This document shows, in pieces, positions 28,627-37,738 of a DNA stretch of 64,000 nucleotides (position 1 is the first letter of the stretch; each line of letters opens with the position of its first letter). Below the pieces are notes generated by a model that was given only the letters and a program-made list of their open reading frames with translations, was not told the DNA's origin and did no database searches. Source of the stretch: an uncultured bacterium. GTDB lineage: Bacteria; Deinococcota; Deinococci; Deinococcales; Trueperaceae. The stretch spans positions 125,729 through 189,728 of the forward strand of contig CAZBVI010000002.1 of the NCBI GenBank assembly GCA_964495325.1, given 5' to 3'. The position numbers were made by a program, and so were the translations under genes.

Positions 28627-28917
28627 TTGGCGCATCCGTCGCCCTTTCCAAACATCATCAGCCCCATCATCGTTGCGGCCACCATCCAGCTTGCCTTCGC
28701 CATCCGCACTGAGGCAGGTATCAGCTTCCTCAGCCTTGGAGTGTCTCCGCCCACCCCGACGTGGGGGAACATGATCAGCGAAGGCAGGAACTACCTGCAG
28801 TTCGCCCCGTGGGTGGCCACCAGCGCCGGTACCGCTATCATGCTTGTCATTCTTTCCTTCAACCTGCTTGGCGACATCCTGCGCGACGTCGTCGATCCGC
28901 GCGGCAACCGCCGCTGA
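28627..28917 (+). pseudogene. C-terminal fragment of a DppC/OppC-type permease
   Basis: IIVAATIQLAFAIRTEAGISFLSLGVSPPTPTWGNMISEG...NLLGDILRDVVDPR. Only the last 90 aa or so of a permease survives, in a different frame from the SBP fragment. Confidence 0.6.
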
Positions 28918-28960
28918 TACACCCCTGTCCAGTCACCGTGACTGAGAAGTGAGGAAAACC

Positions 28961-30100
28961 ATGTCATCAATGCCTAACGATCCGACCCTGTTCCCAGAGA
29001 ACACCGCACGCATGGCCGCTGCGCTCAAGCGCGCCAACGTTGAAGTCGCCGTCATCGCATCGCCCGTGAATGTCCTCTACTCCAGCGGCGCGTTCATCAA
29101 GACCCAAGTGACGATTCCCGAGCGTCTCGCCATCCATGTGCTACAGGCGAACGGAACCTCATGCATGATCGTCTGCGACATCGAAGAACCCCTCGCGAAA
29201 CACGAGACCTGGATCGAGGACATAAGGACGTACGTCGAGTTCCAGCGCACACCAATCGACGCGGTCGTCGACTACCTGGCCGCCAACGGCCTGGACAATG
29301 CCCGCGTCGGCGTCGAGCCGCGTTTCCTCGTCTCCACCTACATGGACGAGGTCCGCAACAAGCTGCCGCAGGCGCAACTGATCGATATTGACGACACACT
29401 CGACGGTGTCCGTGGCCGAAAGAGCCAGGCCGAGATCGACCTGTTGCGCCACGCCGAACAGACCACCGAGGAGATCCTCTACGCCGCATTCGCGAACTTC
29501 CAGTTGGGCCAGTCCGAGGAGGAACTCGGCTGGGACATCCAGCTTCGCATGCGCGAAATCGGCACCTCGCCCACCCTGCTGACCGTCGTATCCGGAGCTT
29601 CCACCGCCGTGCCCCATGCCACATCCACCCGCACCCCGATTGAGCGTGGCGCCATGATCAAGGTCGACGTTGGCGGCCACTTCCGCAACTACACCTCAGA
29701 CTTCGCCCGCGTCGTTTACGCCGGCGAGATCTCGCCAGAGAAGGAGAAGGCGTGCGACACGTACGTTGACATCTACGAGGCAATCGTCGCGGGCATCAAG
29801 CCCGGCATCACCGCCGCTGACCTCTTCAACCTGATGGATACCGAACACACCAGGCGCGGCATCCCGCTTGCTGCCCCGCACGTCGGGCACAGCATAGGTG
29901 TGGGCCTGCACGACGAGCCACTGCTGCACCCAAAGAGCGACCGCGTGCTAGAGCCCGGCATGATCCTGGCCATCGAGCCCCGCGCCATTCTGACCGACGG
30001 TGAGCGGATCCACCTAGAGGACCTCGTGCTTGTCACCAACGACGGTTGTGAAGTGTTCACGGACCTGAGCAAGCTGCGGAGTGTGAAGGCTATCGGTTAA
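28961..30100 (+). CDS. M24-family metallopeptidase (Xaa-Pro dipeptidase/creatinase-like)
   Basis: ATG at 28961 follows a GAGGAAAA Shine-Dalgarno sequence. Contains VDVGGHFRNYTSDFARV, HVGHSIGVGLHDEP, ILAIEP and IHLEDLVLVT, the pita-bread metal ligands. Confidence 0.85.
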   Translation: MSSMPNDPTLFPENTARMAAALKRANVEVAVIASPVNVLYSSGAFIKTQVTIPERLAIHVLQANGTSCMIVCDIEEPLAKHETWIEDIRTYVEFQRTPIDAVVDYLAANGLDNARVGVEPRFLVSTYMDEVRNKLPQAQLIDIDDTLDGVRGRKSQAEIDLLRHAEQTTEEILYAAFANFQLGQSEEELGWDIQLRMREIGTSPTLLTVVSGASTAVPHATSTRTPIERGAMIKVDVGGHFRNYTSDFARVVYAGEISPEKEKACDTYVDIYEAIVAGIKPGITAADLFNLMDTEHTRRGIPLAAPHVGHSIGVGLHDEPLLHPKSDRVLEPGMILAIEPRAILTDGERIHLEDLVLVTNDGCEVFTDLSKLRSVKAIG

Positions 30101-30134
30101 CTAACGGGAGATCCCACAGTAGTTGACGTTTTGT

Positions 30135-30161
30135 CGGGCCGGCTGCGATTCAGCCGGCCCG
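30135..30161. terminator. GC-rich hairpin between convergent genes
   Basis: 11-bp stem CGGGCCGGCTG / CAGCCGGCCCG with a 5-nt loop. It lacks a canonical U-tract on either strand. Confidence 0.4.
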
Positions 30162-30226
30162 CTCTACATTGGCAGCAGTGCCTCGCATTCCGAATGGGGT
30201 GCAATGGGCCCGATGTCTCCAGCCGG

Positions 30227-31108
30227 TCAGGGCAAGTCGTATTCCCTCATTTTGTGCCGGAGGAAGTCCGCCGAAGCCGCCAAGCTTTGCATTCCAACAG
30301 TGGGATCATCACCGTTTTCTATGGATATCCAGCCGCTAAACGCGACGCTTCTCAGGATCGCAAAGATCTCATCGTAAGGAATAAGGCCGGATCCGATCAC
30401 ACCGTGGAGCAGGTCCTCATACTCGTAAGCCCCATCATCCGAAGGCTCGGCACCTGGCTTGGGCCGCCGATCACTAGCGTGCATGGTCACTATCCGATCC
30501 TTTACCGCCACGAGTAGCTCCACTGGATCATCTCCTGCGATCAGGGCGTTCGACGGATCATAGTTTATGCCGAGCCATGGCGACTCAGGCAACTGGTGAA
30601 CAAGTTCAAGAAACACGTCGGACTGCATGGCAAATTCCGGATAATCCCAGTATCCATCCTTAAAGTGGTTCTCCAACACCAGTACCACGCCGTGTCGTTC
30701 AGCGGCAGGCAACACGGCCGTTATGCACTCGACGGTCCATGCGATGCCTTCTCTGCGGCCAACATCCGGCCGACGCTGGCCTGAGAGTACTCTGCAATAG
30801 CCACCACCGAGCGCAGCCGTGACTTCAATGGCTCTTTCCTGACGGGCAATCTCGAGAGCTCGCTCGGAGCGATCGGGCTTAGTGAAGTCGGGCGAATAAC
30901 ACATCATCGGTATGGACAGGTCCGACCGGCCTGCCAATTCCCTAAGATGCGCAAGCTCTGCCGGATCGTCATGTGGTGTGAAGCCCCAGTAGAACTCAAG
31001 CCCATCGACATCCAGGGTAGCTGCCTTATGTATCCAGTCGGCTACACTCATGCTTCCTGTGATGCACAGCGCATCCAGATAACACTTGGGAAATGCAGCC
31101 AGTGGCAT
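30227..31108 (-). CDS. Sugar phosphate isomerase/epimerase (xylose-isomerase-like TIM barrel)
   Basis: The likely start MPLAAFPKCY at 31108 forms an ATGA overlap with the SDR stop. Also LDVDGLEFYW, VLVLENH and NYDPSNA. Confidence 0.8.
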   Translation of the reverse strand: MPLAAFPKCYLDALCITGSMSVADWIHKAATLDVDGLEFYWGFTPHDDPAELAHLRELAGRSDLSIPMMCYSPDFTKPDRSERALEIARQERAIEVTAALGGGYCRVLSGQRRPDVGRREGIAWTVECITAVLPAAERHGVVLVLENHFKDGYWDYPEFAMQSDVFLELVHQLPESPWLGINYDPSNALIAGDDPVELLVAVKDRIVTMHASDRRPKPGAEPSDDGAYEYEDLLHGVIGSGLIPYDEIFAILRSVAFSGWISIENGDDPTVGMQSLAASADFLRHKMREYDLP

Positions 31109-31899
31109 CAGCTGAGGAAGCGGCTGTCCGCTGTAAGTCGACCGACGACCGGGTACTGCTCTAGATCCACTATCGATCCAGAAATCGGACTCGACTCCGC
31201 TGATAACCAATGGACTACATGATGCGCAATGTTTTCCGGAGATAGCAGGGCGCCACTCGGCCGATACTCGGGTTTCAGGTGCTTCAGCCAGTCGGCCCCT
31301 GGACCTTCGTTTCGGATGATCTCATCCTCATTCTCCGTCACCGTCCATCCTACATTGAGCTGGTTGAAGCGGATCCCGTCGCTTGCGTGCGCATTCGCCA
31401 AGTTTCTGGTCGCAGTCATCAGACCGCCCTTGCTGATTGAGTAAGCAAGGAGGTTCGGCTCACCACAGTAAGCGTTAACGGAACCGATGTTGACAACGGA
31501 GGCGTTCTCAGCGGCCTTGAGGTGGGGCAGGGCGGCACGTGACACAAGGACCGGAGCACGCAAGTTGACAGAAATGATGTAGTCAAAGTTCTTCTCATCC
31601 GTTCCGGCCAACGTCGTTCGGGTCATTACTGCGGCATTGTTCACTATGCCGTCAAGCTTTCCGAAGGTGTCAACAGCAAACTCAACGATCTCACGACATG
31701 CTGCGGGATCCGCAATGTCCGCGACGAAATGCGCACCCGGTCGCTCCAGCCCAGCCGCAACCCGTTCAGTTTTTTCGCGTTCCCGGCCATTGACAACGAC
31801 AAGTGCGCCCCTCCTGGCACAGGCACGAGCTGTCGCGGCACCGATACCGGTACTGGAACCGGTGACGATGACAACCTGCCCATCGAGTTCCGCCATCAC
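31108..31899 (-). CDS. SDR-family oxidoreductase
   Basis: VVIVTGSSTGIGAATA (TGxxxGxG), NNAA and YSISKGG (YxxxK). Confidence 0.9.
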   Translation of the reverse strand: MMAELDGQVVIVTGSSTGIGAATARACARRGALVVVNGREREKTERVAAGLERPGAHFVADIADPAACREIVEFAVDTFGKLDGIVNNAAVMTRTTLAGTDEKNFDYIISVNLRAPVLVSRAALPHLKAAENASVVNIGSVNAYCGEPNLLAYSISKGGLMTATRNLANAHASDGIRFNQLNVGWTVTENEDEIIRNEGPGADWLKHLKPEYRPSGALLSPENIAHHVVHWLSAESSPISGSIVDLEQYPVVGRLTADSRFLS

Positions 31900-32954
31900 G
31901 CACCTCTTTCGGTCGGCGTCAGGACAATCTTCATCGCCTTGCCTTCATGCATGTCGCTGAAGGCGTTCCGCCAGTTCTTCAGGCTATCCACCCTGCTGAC
32001 GAGCGGAGCAGGATCGAGTTGCCCGGACTCGAGCAATCGCAACACGCTGTTCCAAACCGACCAATTATGGGAGAAAGAACCCCGCAACACTTGTGCTTTC
32101 TGGACTAACGGATCTAGGCTGAACTCCAAGGGCTGGGGGCCCCAGCCAACCTTGACGATCACACCCCCTGGTCTTGTGTGTCTGATTGCGTCCTGCAGTG
32201 CGCTGCTCACTCCTGCAGCATCGATGGTTACGTCTACGCCGTAACCATCGTCGAGCCCCGCAATCAAATCAGGTACTTCTTCCCTCATGACAGCTTCGAT
32301 CCCCATTGCGCGGGCTACAGCCAAGCGTGCTTCATCGCCAGAAACACCGCTGACAAGCACGGTCGTAGCGCCGCTAATACGGGCCAAAGCGGCACACAGC
32401 AGACCTATCGGGCCGGGACCAAGCACCAGAACTCGCTGTCCGGGCCGGACGTTACCGCTTGCGACTACAGCACTATAGGCAACGCAACATGGCTCAGCCA
32501 GCACAGCCAGGTCGGTAGGCAAGTCCGAGGAGACGCGGTGTAACAGGCGCGATGGAACCCTTACAAATTCTGCCATTGCACCGTCGGTGCCATAGCCGAA
32601 ACCAAGTCGCTCCGGATCAAGGTGATAGAGCCCCTGCTTCGCGAATGCAGACTCATGATTAATGACGGCGGCGGTCTCACTGACAACACGCTCGCCTACA
32701 GCGAACGCCCGCACCTGCGCTCCGAGCTCAGCTATCGTTCCAGTGAACTCGTGACCTAGTATGACCGGGTAATTTACGTTCCAGCTATGCCGTCCGAGCC
32801 ATTGATGTACGTCACTGCCGCAAATCCCGACGGCCTCGACACGCAGGATCACATCGTACGGATCAGTGAGCTCTGGCACCGGCACCGTCCGTAGTTCGGT
32901 ATCGCCGGCACCCGGGCCATAGTTCACAAGAGCAGTCATCTCGGCGGGCTTCAT
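31896..32954 (-). CDS. Zinc-dependent medium-chain alcohol/polyol dehydrogenase
   Basis: GICGSDVHQWLG, GHEFTGTI and VLVLGPGPIGL (MDR family motifs). Confidence 0.85.
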   Translation of the reverse strand: MKPAEMTALVNYGPGAGDTELRTVPVPELTDPYDVILRVEAVGICGSDVHQWLGRHSWNVNYPVILGHEFTGTIAELGAQVRAFAVGERVVSETAAVINHESAFAKQGLYHLDPERLGFGYGTDGAMAEFVRVPSRLLHRVSSDLPTDLAVLAEPCCVAYSAVVASGNVRPGQRVLVLGPGPIGLLCAALARISGATTVLVSGVSGDEARLAVARAMGIEAVMREEVPDLIAGLDDGYGVDVTIDAAGVSSALQDAIRHTRPGGVIVKVGWGPQPLEFSLDPLVQKAQVLRGSFSHNWSVWNSVLRLLESGQLDPAPLVSRVDSLKNWRNAFSDMHEGKAMKIVLTPTERGA

Positions 32955-33658
32955 CAGTTCAGCTCAGAATCCGGCTCGAATGCATGAACCCGTTCGCAGA
33001 TTTCGCGCAGTACCGCGGATACATCTCCACTTGCTCGCTTGAAAGCATGCGCGTCGACAGCAAGGGGCGCACCGATAACAACAATGCTGGCACCAAGCGC
33101 GGGAGTTCTGACGGCTTGCTCCAGCGTCAGCCCTCCAACCGCCTGCACAGGCACAGCAACTGCAGCTGCCACGTCCGCAAGTCGGTCAATCGGGGTCTCA
33201 TGTTCTTCGTTGCGACTCTGTCTTAACGTCCGATAGTCATAGCCGGTGTGATGAATGATTATGTCACAGCCGGCTTGCTCGAGAAGTCGGGCTCCTTCCA
33301 CGGAGTCAGGCATTCCTAAATTGTCACCCATGACCTGTACTCCGAAATCCCGGCCCGCCTGGACCGCCAACTCCACCGTCTCTGGCAGCGCCTGGCCCAT
33401 TACGACAACGTGCGTCGCTCCGGCCCGAGCCATCAGCTCGACCTCAAGCCAGGCGCCGTCCATCGTCTTGATGTCAGCAACGATAGGCACGTTGGGAAAC
33501 TCGCGCCTTAACTCCCGCACCGCCGTCATGCCCTCACTGATGAGCAGTGGGGTGCCGGCCTCCAGCCAGTCAACCCCGGCATCAACCGCGATGTGGGCGG
33601 TTTCGAGCGCCTCGGCCAGATCCGTAATGTCCAGCGATAGTTGTACAAGATGCTTCAT
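32954..33658 (-). CDS. Orotidine-5-phosphate-decarboxylase-fold enzyme (3-hexulose-6-P synthase / 3-keto-L-gulonate-6-P decarboxylase family)
   Basis: The start MKHLVQLSLDITDLAEALE..VDWLEAGTPL, then VADIKTMD. ATGA overlap at 33655-33658. Confidence 0.7.
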   Translation of the reverse strand: MKHLVQLSLDITDLAEALETAHIAVDAGVDWLEAGTPLLISEGMTAVRELRREFPNVPIVADIKTMDGAWLEVELMARAGATHVVVMGQALPETVELAVQAGRDFGVQVMGDNLGMPDSVEGARLLEQAGCDIIIHHTGYDYRTLRQSRNEEHETPIDRLADVAAAVAVPVQAVGGLTLEQAVRTPALGASIVVIGAPLAVDAHAFKRASGDVSAVLREICERVHAFEPDSELN

Positions 33659-34557
33659 GGTTGGCCCCCTGGCGCATAGTGGTGGCGTTCTTGCCAAGCC
33701 TGCATGAAACCGGCGAAAGCCCTCTTGAGGACCCGTTCACCGGGCTCCTTCCAAATCGAATCCGGCAACCAGCCTTCCGAGAAGACCTCGAGGCTGTACG
33801 CACCCCGATAGCCACTTGCTTCAATCGCTCCGAGCAATCCTCGTAGATCAATGCATCCATCTCCAGGGAGCACGCGGTCACCAGGTGCACGTGGTCGGTC
33901 AGCCGGCCAGTCGCACACGTGCACAACCTGCAGTTCCGATCCAAGTCGGCTGATGCGCCTGTGAATATCGGCTTCATGCCAAACATGCCACACATCGAGC
34001 GTCAGTCCGAACGAAGCGCTGTTGACTGCTTCTATCAGCTCTAGCGCACCATCAAGTGAGCTGATGAACGTGTCGTTGTTCATGAGTATTGGATTCAAGG
34101 GCTCAAAGGCCAGCGTCATGCCGTGATCCTCGGTGATCTCAGCCAGCCGGCGATAGTTTCTTAGCGCGATGTTCCAAGCCTCCCGGTAGTTGTAACGCGG
34201 AGCGTTGCCGGTAATCGTCACAAGCGGTGTGCCCGGGAAGTGATCGGCCATAAGTACGATCGTGTCTCTCAAGTGCTGGGCCCGACGTTCTACGTGGTCA
34301 TTGGCTGGATTCATTGAGTCCGGAAAGAGCGCATGGACGCGAGGCTGAATCGAGCTGACCCTAAGGCCGGCCTCTTTGAGAAGTGCCAGTTGCTCACTTG
34401 CCTTTCCGGTGTCTTCAGCGAGCTTTCGTTCACAGAGTTCAATGGTTGCGATTCCCTGCCGTACGAACAGCTCAATGTCCTCCTCAAATGTTTGATTCCA
34501 AGTGGTGAACTGGCTCACAGCAAAGTCAGGCACCAATTCAGGTGTGGACTCGCTCAT
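33655..34557 (-). CDS. Sugar phosphate isomerase/epimerase (TIM barrel)
   Basis: 300 aa with TLAFEPLN, LTLDVWHVWH and SLEVF. Family assignment is by pattern. Confidence 0.75.
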   Translation of the reverse strand: MSESTPELVPDFAVSQFTTWNQTFEEDIELFVRQGIATIELCERKLAEDTGKASEQLALLKEAGLRVSSIQPRVHALFPDSMNPANDHVERRAQHLRDTIVLMADHFPGTPLVTITGNAPRYNYREAWNIALRNYRRLAEITEDHGMTLAFEPLNPILMNNDTFISSLDGALELIEAVNSASFGLTLDVWHVWHEADIHRRISRLGSELQVVHVCDWPADRPRAPGDRVLPGDGCIDLRGLLGAIEASGYRGAYSLEVFSEGWLPDSIWKEPGERVLKRAFAGFMQAWQERHHYAPGGQP

Positions 34558-35392
34558 GATTCCCCTCCACTCTCAGCAATTGCCTTAGTCGTTTCATGCT
34601 TGCCGTGATGTCATCATCCGAGTAGCACTCAAGCATCAGCAAATGCGGCTCGGTAGCGAGCACTTGGGGGATACTTTCTGACCAATTGACGGTCCCCCTC
34701 CCAAGCGACAGATGTTGGTCACCCGTCCCGTCGTTGTCGTGAAGATGTACTTCTACGACTCGGCTTCGCATGACCTTGGCAAACTCTTGCACGGAGTGGC
34801 CCAATGTGTTGGCATGCCCGATATCCAGCACATACGCCAAGCCATCAACTTTGATGCTACGAAAGTCCTCAGGGTTGTGGAACAAGGTGGGTCTCGAAAC
34901 CTCATCATTCTCGAGGGCGGGGCGGCACACCATAGTGGCGGCATGCTTGACTAGCTCATGGGCCGCGTCATTCACCAGCTCATGTCCACCTGCACGGTCC
35001 TCGTTCCATCCGCCATGGAACACCATCACCTCGCTGCCAAGCTCAGCCGCGAGGTCCAACAACTTCTTGTACTGATCTAGTGCGAAGCGTCGGCTGTTCC
35101 TGTCGCTGCTGGCCAAGTTAAGCTTCCAAGGCGCATGCACACTACTGCGCAGGCCAGCCGCCTCAAGAGCTTGCCTGATTGCTTTGCGTCCACTCGTGTC
35201 AACCTTGTCGTCCCCCCCGATAAACTGTCGCAGCTCGATATGACTCGCTCCAACGCTTCGGGCCAGTCGACAGAAGCCGTCGACATTCCCACCGTAGCCA
35301 GTCCAGGCGCTAATTCCGATGTTCTCATGGTTGGTCTCTCTTGAGATCTGCTGTTGGTGCACTGACGTCATCCCCTGCCTCGCGTTGGACAT
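34538..35392 (-). CDS. Sugar phosphate isomerase/epimerase (TIM barrel)
   Basis: 284 aa with HIELR, MVFHGG, ALENDE, VLDIGHAN and VHLHDNDG. Confidence 0.75.
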   Translation of the reverse strand: MSNARQGMTSVHQQQISRETNHENIGISAWTGYGGNVDGFCRLARSVGASHIELRQFIGGDDKVDTSGRKAIRQALEAAGLRSSVHAPWKLNLASSDRNSRRFALDQYKKLLDLAAELGSEVMVFHGGWNEDRAGGHELVNDAAHELVKHAATMVCRPALENDEVSRPTLFHNPEDFRSIKVDGLAYVLDIGHANTLGHSVQEFAKVMRSRVVEVHLHDNDGTGDQHLSLGRGTVNWSESIPQVLATEPHLLMLECYSDDDITASMKRLRQLLRVEGNHERVHT

Positions 35393-35454
35393 TGATTCGA
35401 TAATGTGCTGAATAGACTGGTTTCATGGAAGATAATCGAGCGTGAAAGCGGCTT

Positions 35455-35484
35455 GGTGGTGCGCGCAGTATTGTGCGCACCACC
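35455..35484 (-). promoter_or_regulatory. Intercistronic hairpin downstream of the sugar SBP gene
   Basis: 10-bp perfect inverted repeat GGTGGTGCGC / GCGCACCACC, extendable, lying between the SBP stop (35501) and the next gene start (35392). Confidence 0.55.
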
Positions 35485-35500
35485 CCTCATTTACTGCAAT

Positions 35501-36781
35501 TCAGAAGCCGTAGTCTTCAATCAGTCGTCTGACGCTGTTGGCAGCCCGCCCAAGGGCACTCTCGGCAGGTTCCGCTCCGGTGATGATCAGTGAGAGCGCC
35601 TCATTCATCGCCTCATGCTGCTCGAGATAGAACGCAGGACCCGGATCACCTAACGCGATCTCAAGTGAATCACGCATCGTTGCGTAGTACTCGGCCGGCT
35701 CCAGGTCTGGATCCTGCATTACGGATACCCTTGCAGGTGTACCACCAGCTTCGGCCATAATGCGTGTGCCCTCATCGCTGACCAAGAACTGGAAGAAGTC
35801 CCAAGCCGCCTCTTGCCGTTGCGAATTGGCGTTCATCACGAACACTTTGCCCTGCTGAAACGGCGTGCGATGGATCGAGCCATCGTCGAGCCTTACACCA
35901 GGAACAAGTGTGATCTCAATGTTATCGGCAGCTCCTTCTGCTACAAGCGTGGGATATGCAGCATTCCAGTACGGTCCTGCCATGGCAATCGTTCCGGTCT
36001 GCAGCGCCTCATAGACGTCAGAGAATCCCCATGAGAAGACATCAGGAGGCAGCAAGCCCTCATCGGCAAGCGTACGGTAGAAGTTTCCAGCTGCGATTGC
36101 ACCTTCAGAATCGAGCCCGACGTTACCTTCATCATCTATGATCCAGCCACCCATGGACCACATGATGCTGTAGAACACCTTCGGCTGTTCGGAGCCGGCC
36201 AGTGCAGTGAGCGCCGTGCCATAGCGTGTGGGTGAATCGGGGTTCAGGGACTGTGTCCAGGCACGCGCCGTTTCCAGATACTCGTCCCAAGTCTGTGGCG
36301 GCTCTTCAATGAGATCTGAACGGTAGTAGAGGAAGTGCGTACTGATGTCGAACGGGACCGAGTAGATTTCGCCGTCATGTGTGTAGACAGCCGGGAAGTC
36401 CTCCAGGTCAAGCCCACCGGATTCGGGCCGGTTGATGAACTCGTCCAGCGACCTAATGCCACCCGCTATCGCCAAAGCAGCGATATCTACGTCGTTTGCC
36501 TGGGCAAGGTCAAACACGGTGGTGCCCCCGACCAACTGCGTGTGTAAAGCAGCGTAGTAGCCGGAGCGGCCGGCCTCCATTATCTCAATGGGCAGACCGG
36601 TTTTCGCGGTGTACGCCTCGGCCACTGCCCGGGTTGCGTCTGCCTCGGTACCTGAGCGTACGAACACCACCGCGGGATCGCTCTGCGCAAGGGCAGCTCC
36701 TGCCAGCAAGACTGCAAACAGAACCATACGAAGTTGTCTACTCTTCACTCTCGACACCCAGAACATGCGATTCTCCTTCAT
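35501..36781 (-). CDS. Carbohydrate ABC transporter substrate-binding protein (CUT1 type)
   Basis: Signal peptide LRMVLFAVLLAGAALAQ. The body looks like SBP_bac_1. Confidence 0.85.
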   Translation of the reverse strand: MKENRMFWVSRVKSRQLRMVLFAVLLAGAALAQSDPAVVFVRSGTEADATRAVAEAYTAKTGLPIEIMEAGRSGYYAALHTQLVGGTTVFDLAQANDVDIAALAIAGGIRSLDEFINRPESGGLDLEDFPAVYTHDGEIYSVPFDISTHFLYYRSDLIEEPPQTWDEYLETARAWTQSLNPDSPTRYGTALTALAGSEQPKVFYSIMWSMGGWIIDDEGNVGLDSEGAIAAGNFYRTLADEGLLPPDVFSWGFSDVYEALQTGTIAMAGPYWNAAYPTLVAEGAADNIEITLVPGVRLDDGSIHRTPFQQGKVFVMNANSQRQEAAWDFFQFLVSDEGTRIMAEAGGTPARVSVMQDPDLEPAEYYATMRDSLEIALGDPGPAFYLEQHEAMNEALSLIITGAEPAESALGRAANSVRRLIEDYGF

Positions 36782-36890
36782 GAATATCCTATTCCTCCCT
36801 CGGACAGGCTGAGGCTTTCACTGTCGCCAGTGACACCGAGCTCATTCCTGATTACGACGCTTCACCTCCCATCTTGTTTGGGCTGCCGAT

Positions 36891-37736
36891 TCACTTGATG
36901 GCCCCAAGCATCAGTCCACGCGTGATGTACCTCTGGAGCACGATGGAAAGTAAGAACACTGGGAGCACAATCACTGTTCCCGACGCGAAGATCGGTCCCC
37001 AGTTAATGGCATAACCAGTAATGAAGTCTGCTGCAGCGGCAGGCAGCGTCTTGGAAGTAGTACCGGTCGCGTACACGATGGCGAAGAGATACTCGTTCCA
37101 CGCGAAAATAAAGGTCAGGATCGTACTGGTGACTATTCCGGGTACTGCGATGGGCAATACCACATACCTGAAAGCCTGCATGCGCGAGGCACCATCGATC
37201 ATGGCCGCTTCATCCAGTGAAGTAGGAACCTCGTCGAAAAAGCTCCGCATCGTCCAAATGACGAAGGACAGGAGAAATGTAGTGTCCGCAATGATGAGAG
37301 CCCAAAGCGTGTTTATTAGTCCGAGCACCCGGAAGATCAGGAACAGGGGAATGAGCAGAACGACGGGGGGTACCATACGAGTCGCCAGAACCCAGAGCTC
37401 GAACCAGCGTCCGCCTGCTGAGAAACGGCTCATACCATACGCAGCCAGCAGTCCGGCTGTCAGGGTTACCACCGTTACGCTGCTCGCCACAATGAGGCTG
37501 TTCAACAAGAAACGGCTGAACGGTTGTCTGGTGAATATCTCACGGTAGTGCTCCAGTGTTGGGCTGAAGAAGATGACCAGCTGATCCGAAATGATGTCGC
37601 GAGCGGGCTTGACTGATCCAAGCAGCATCCATATGAACGGAAACGCCCAGACAAGCAGAACTGCGACTATGGCCATCCCGACAAAGACGCTTACCGAGTC
37701 AATACGGCGTTTGCGGAGTTTGGGTGAAGTCGCCAT
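36891..37736 (-). CDS. Carbohydrate ABC transporter permease
   Basis: 281 aa with LDEAAMIDGASRMQAFRYVVLPIAVPG (EAA loop). Confidence 0.9.
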   Translation of the reverse strand: MATSPKLRKRRIDSVSVFVGMAIVAVLLVWAFPFIWMLLGSVKPARDIISDQLVIFFSPTLEHYREIFTRQPFSRFLLNSLIVASSVTVVTLTAGLLAAYGMSRFSAGGRWFELWVLATRMVPPVVLLIPLFLIFRVLGLINTLWALIIADTTFLLSFVIWTMRSFFDEVPTSLDEAAMIDGASRMQAFRYVVLPIAVPGIVTSTILTFIFAWNEYLFAIVYATGTTSKTLPAAAADFITGYAINWGPIFASGTVIVLPVFLLSIVLQRYITRGLMLGAIK

Positions 37737-37738
37737 GT

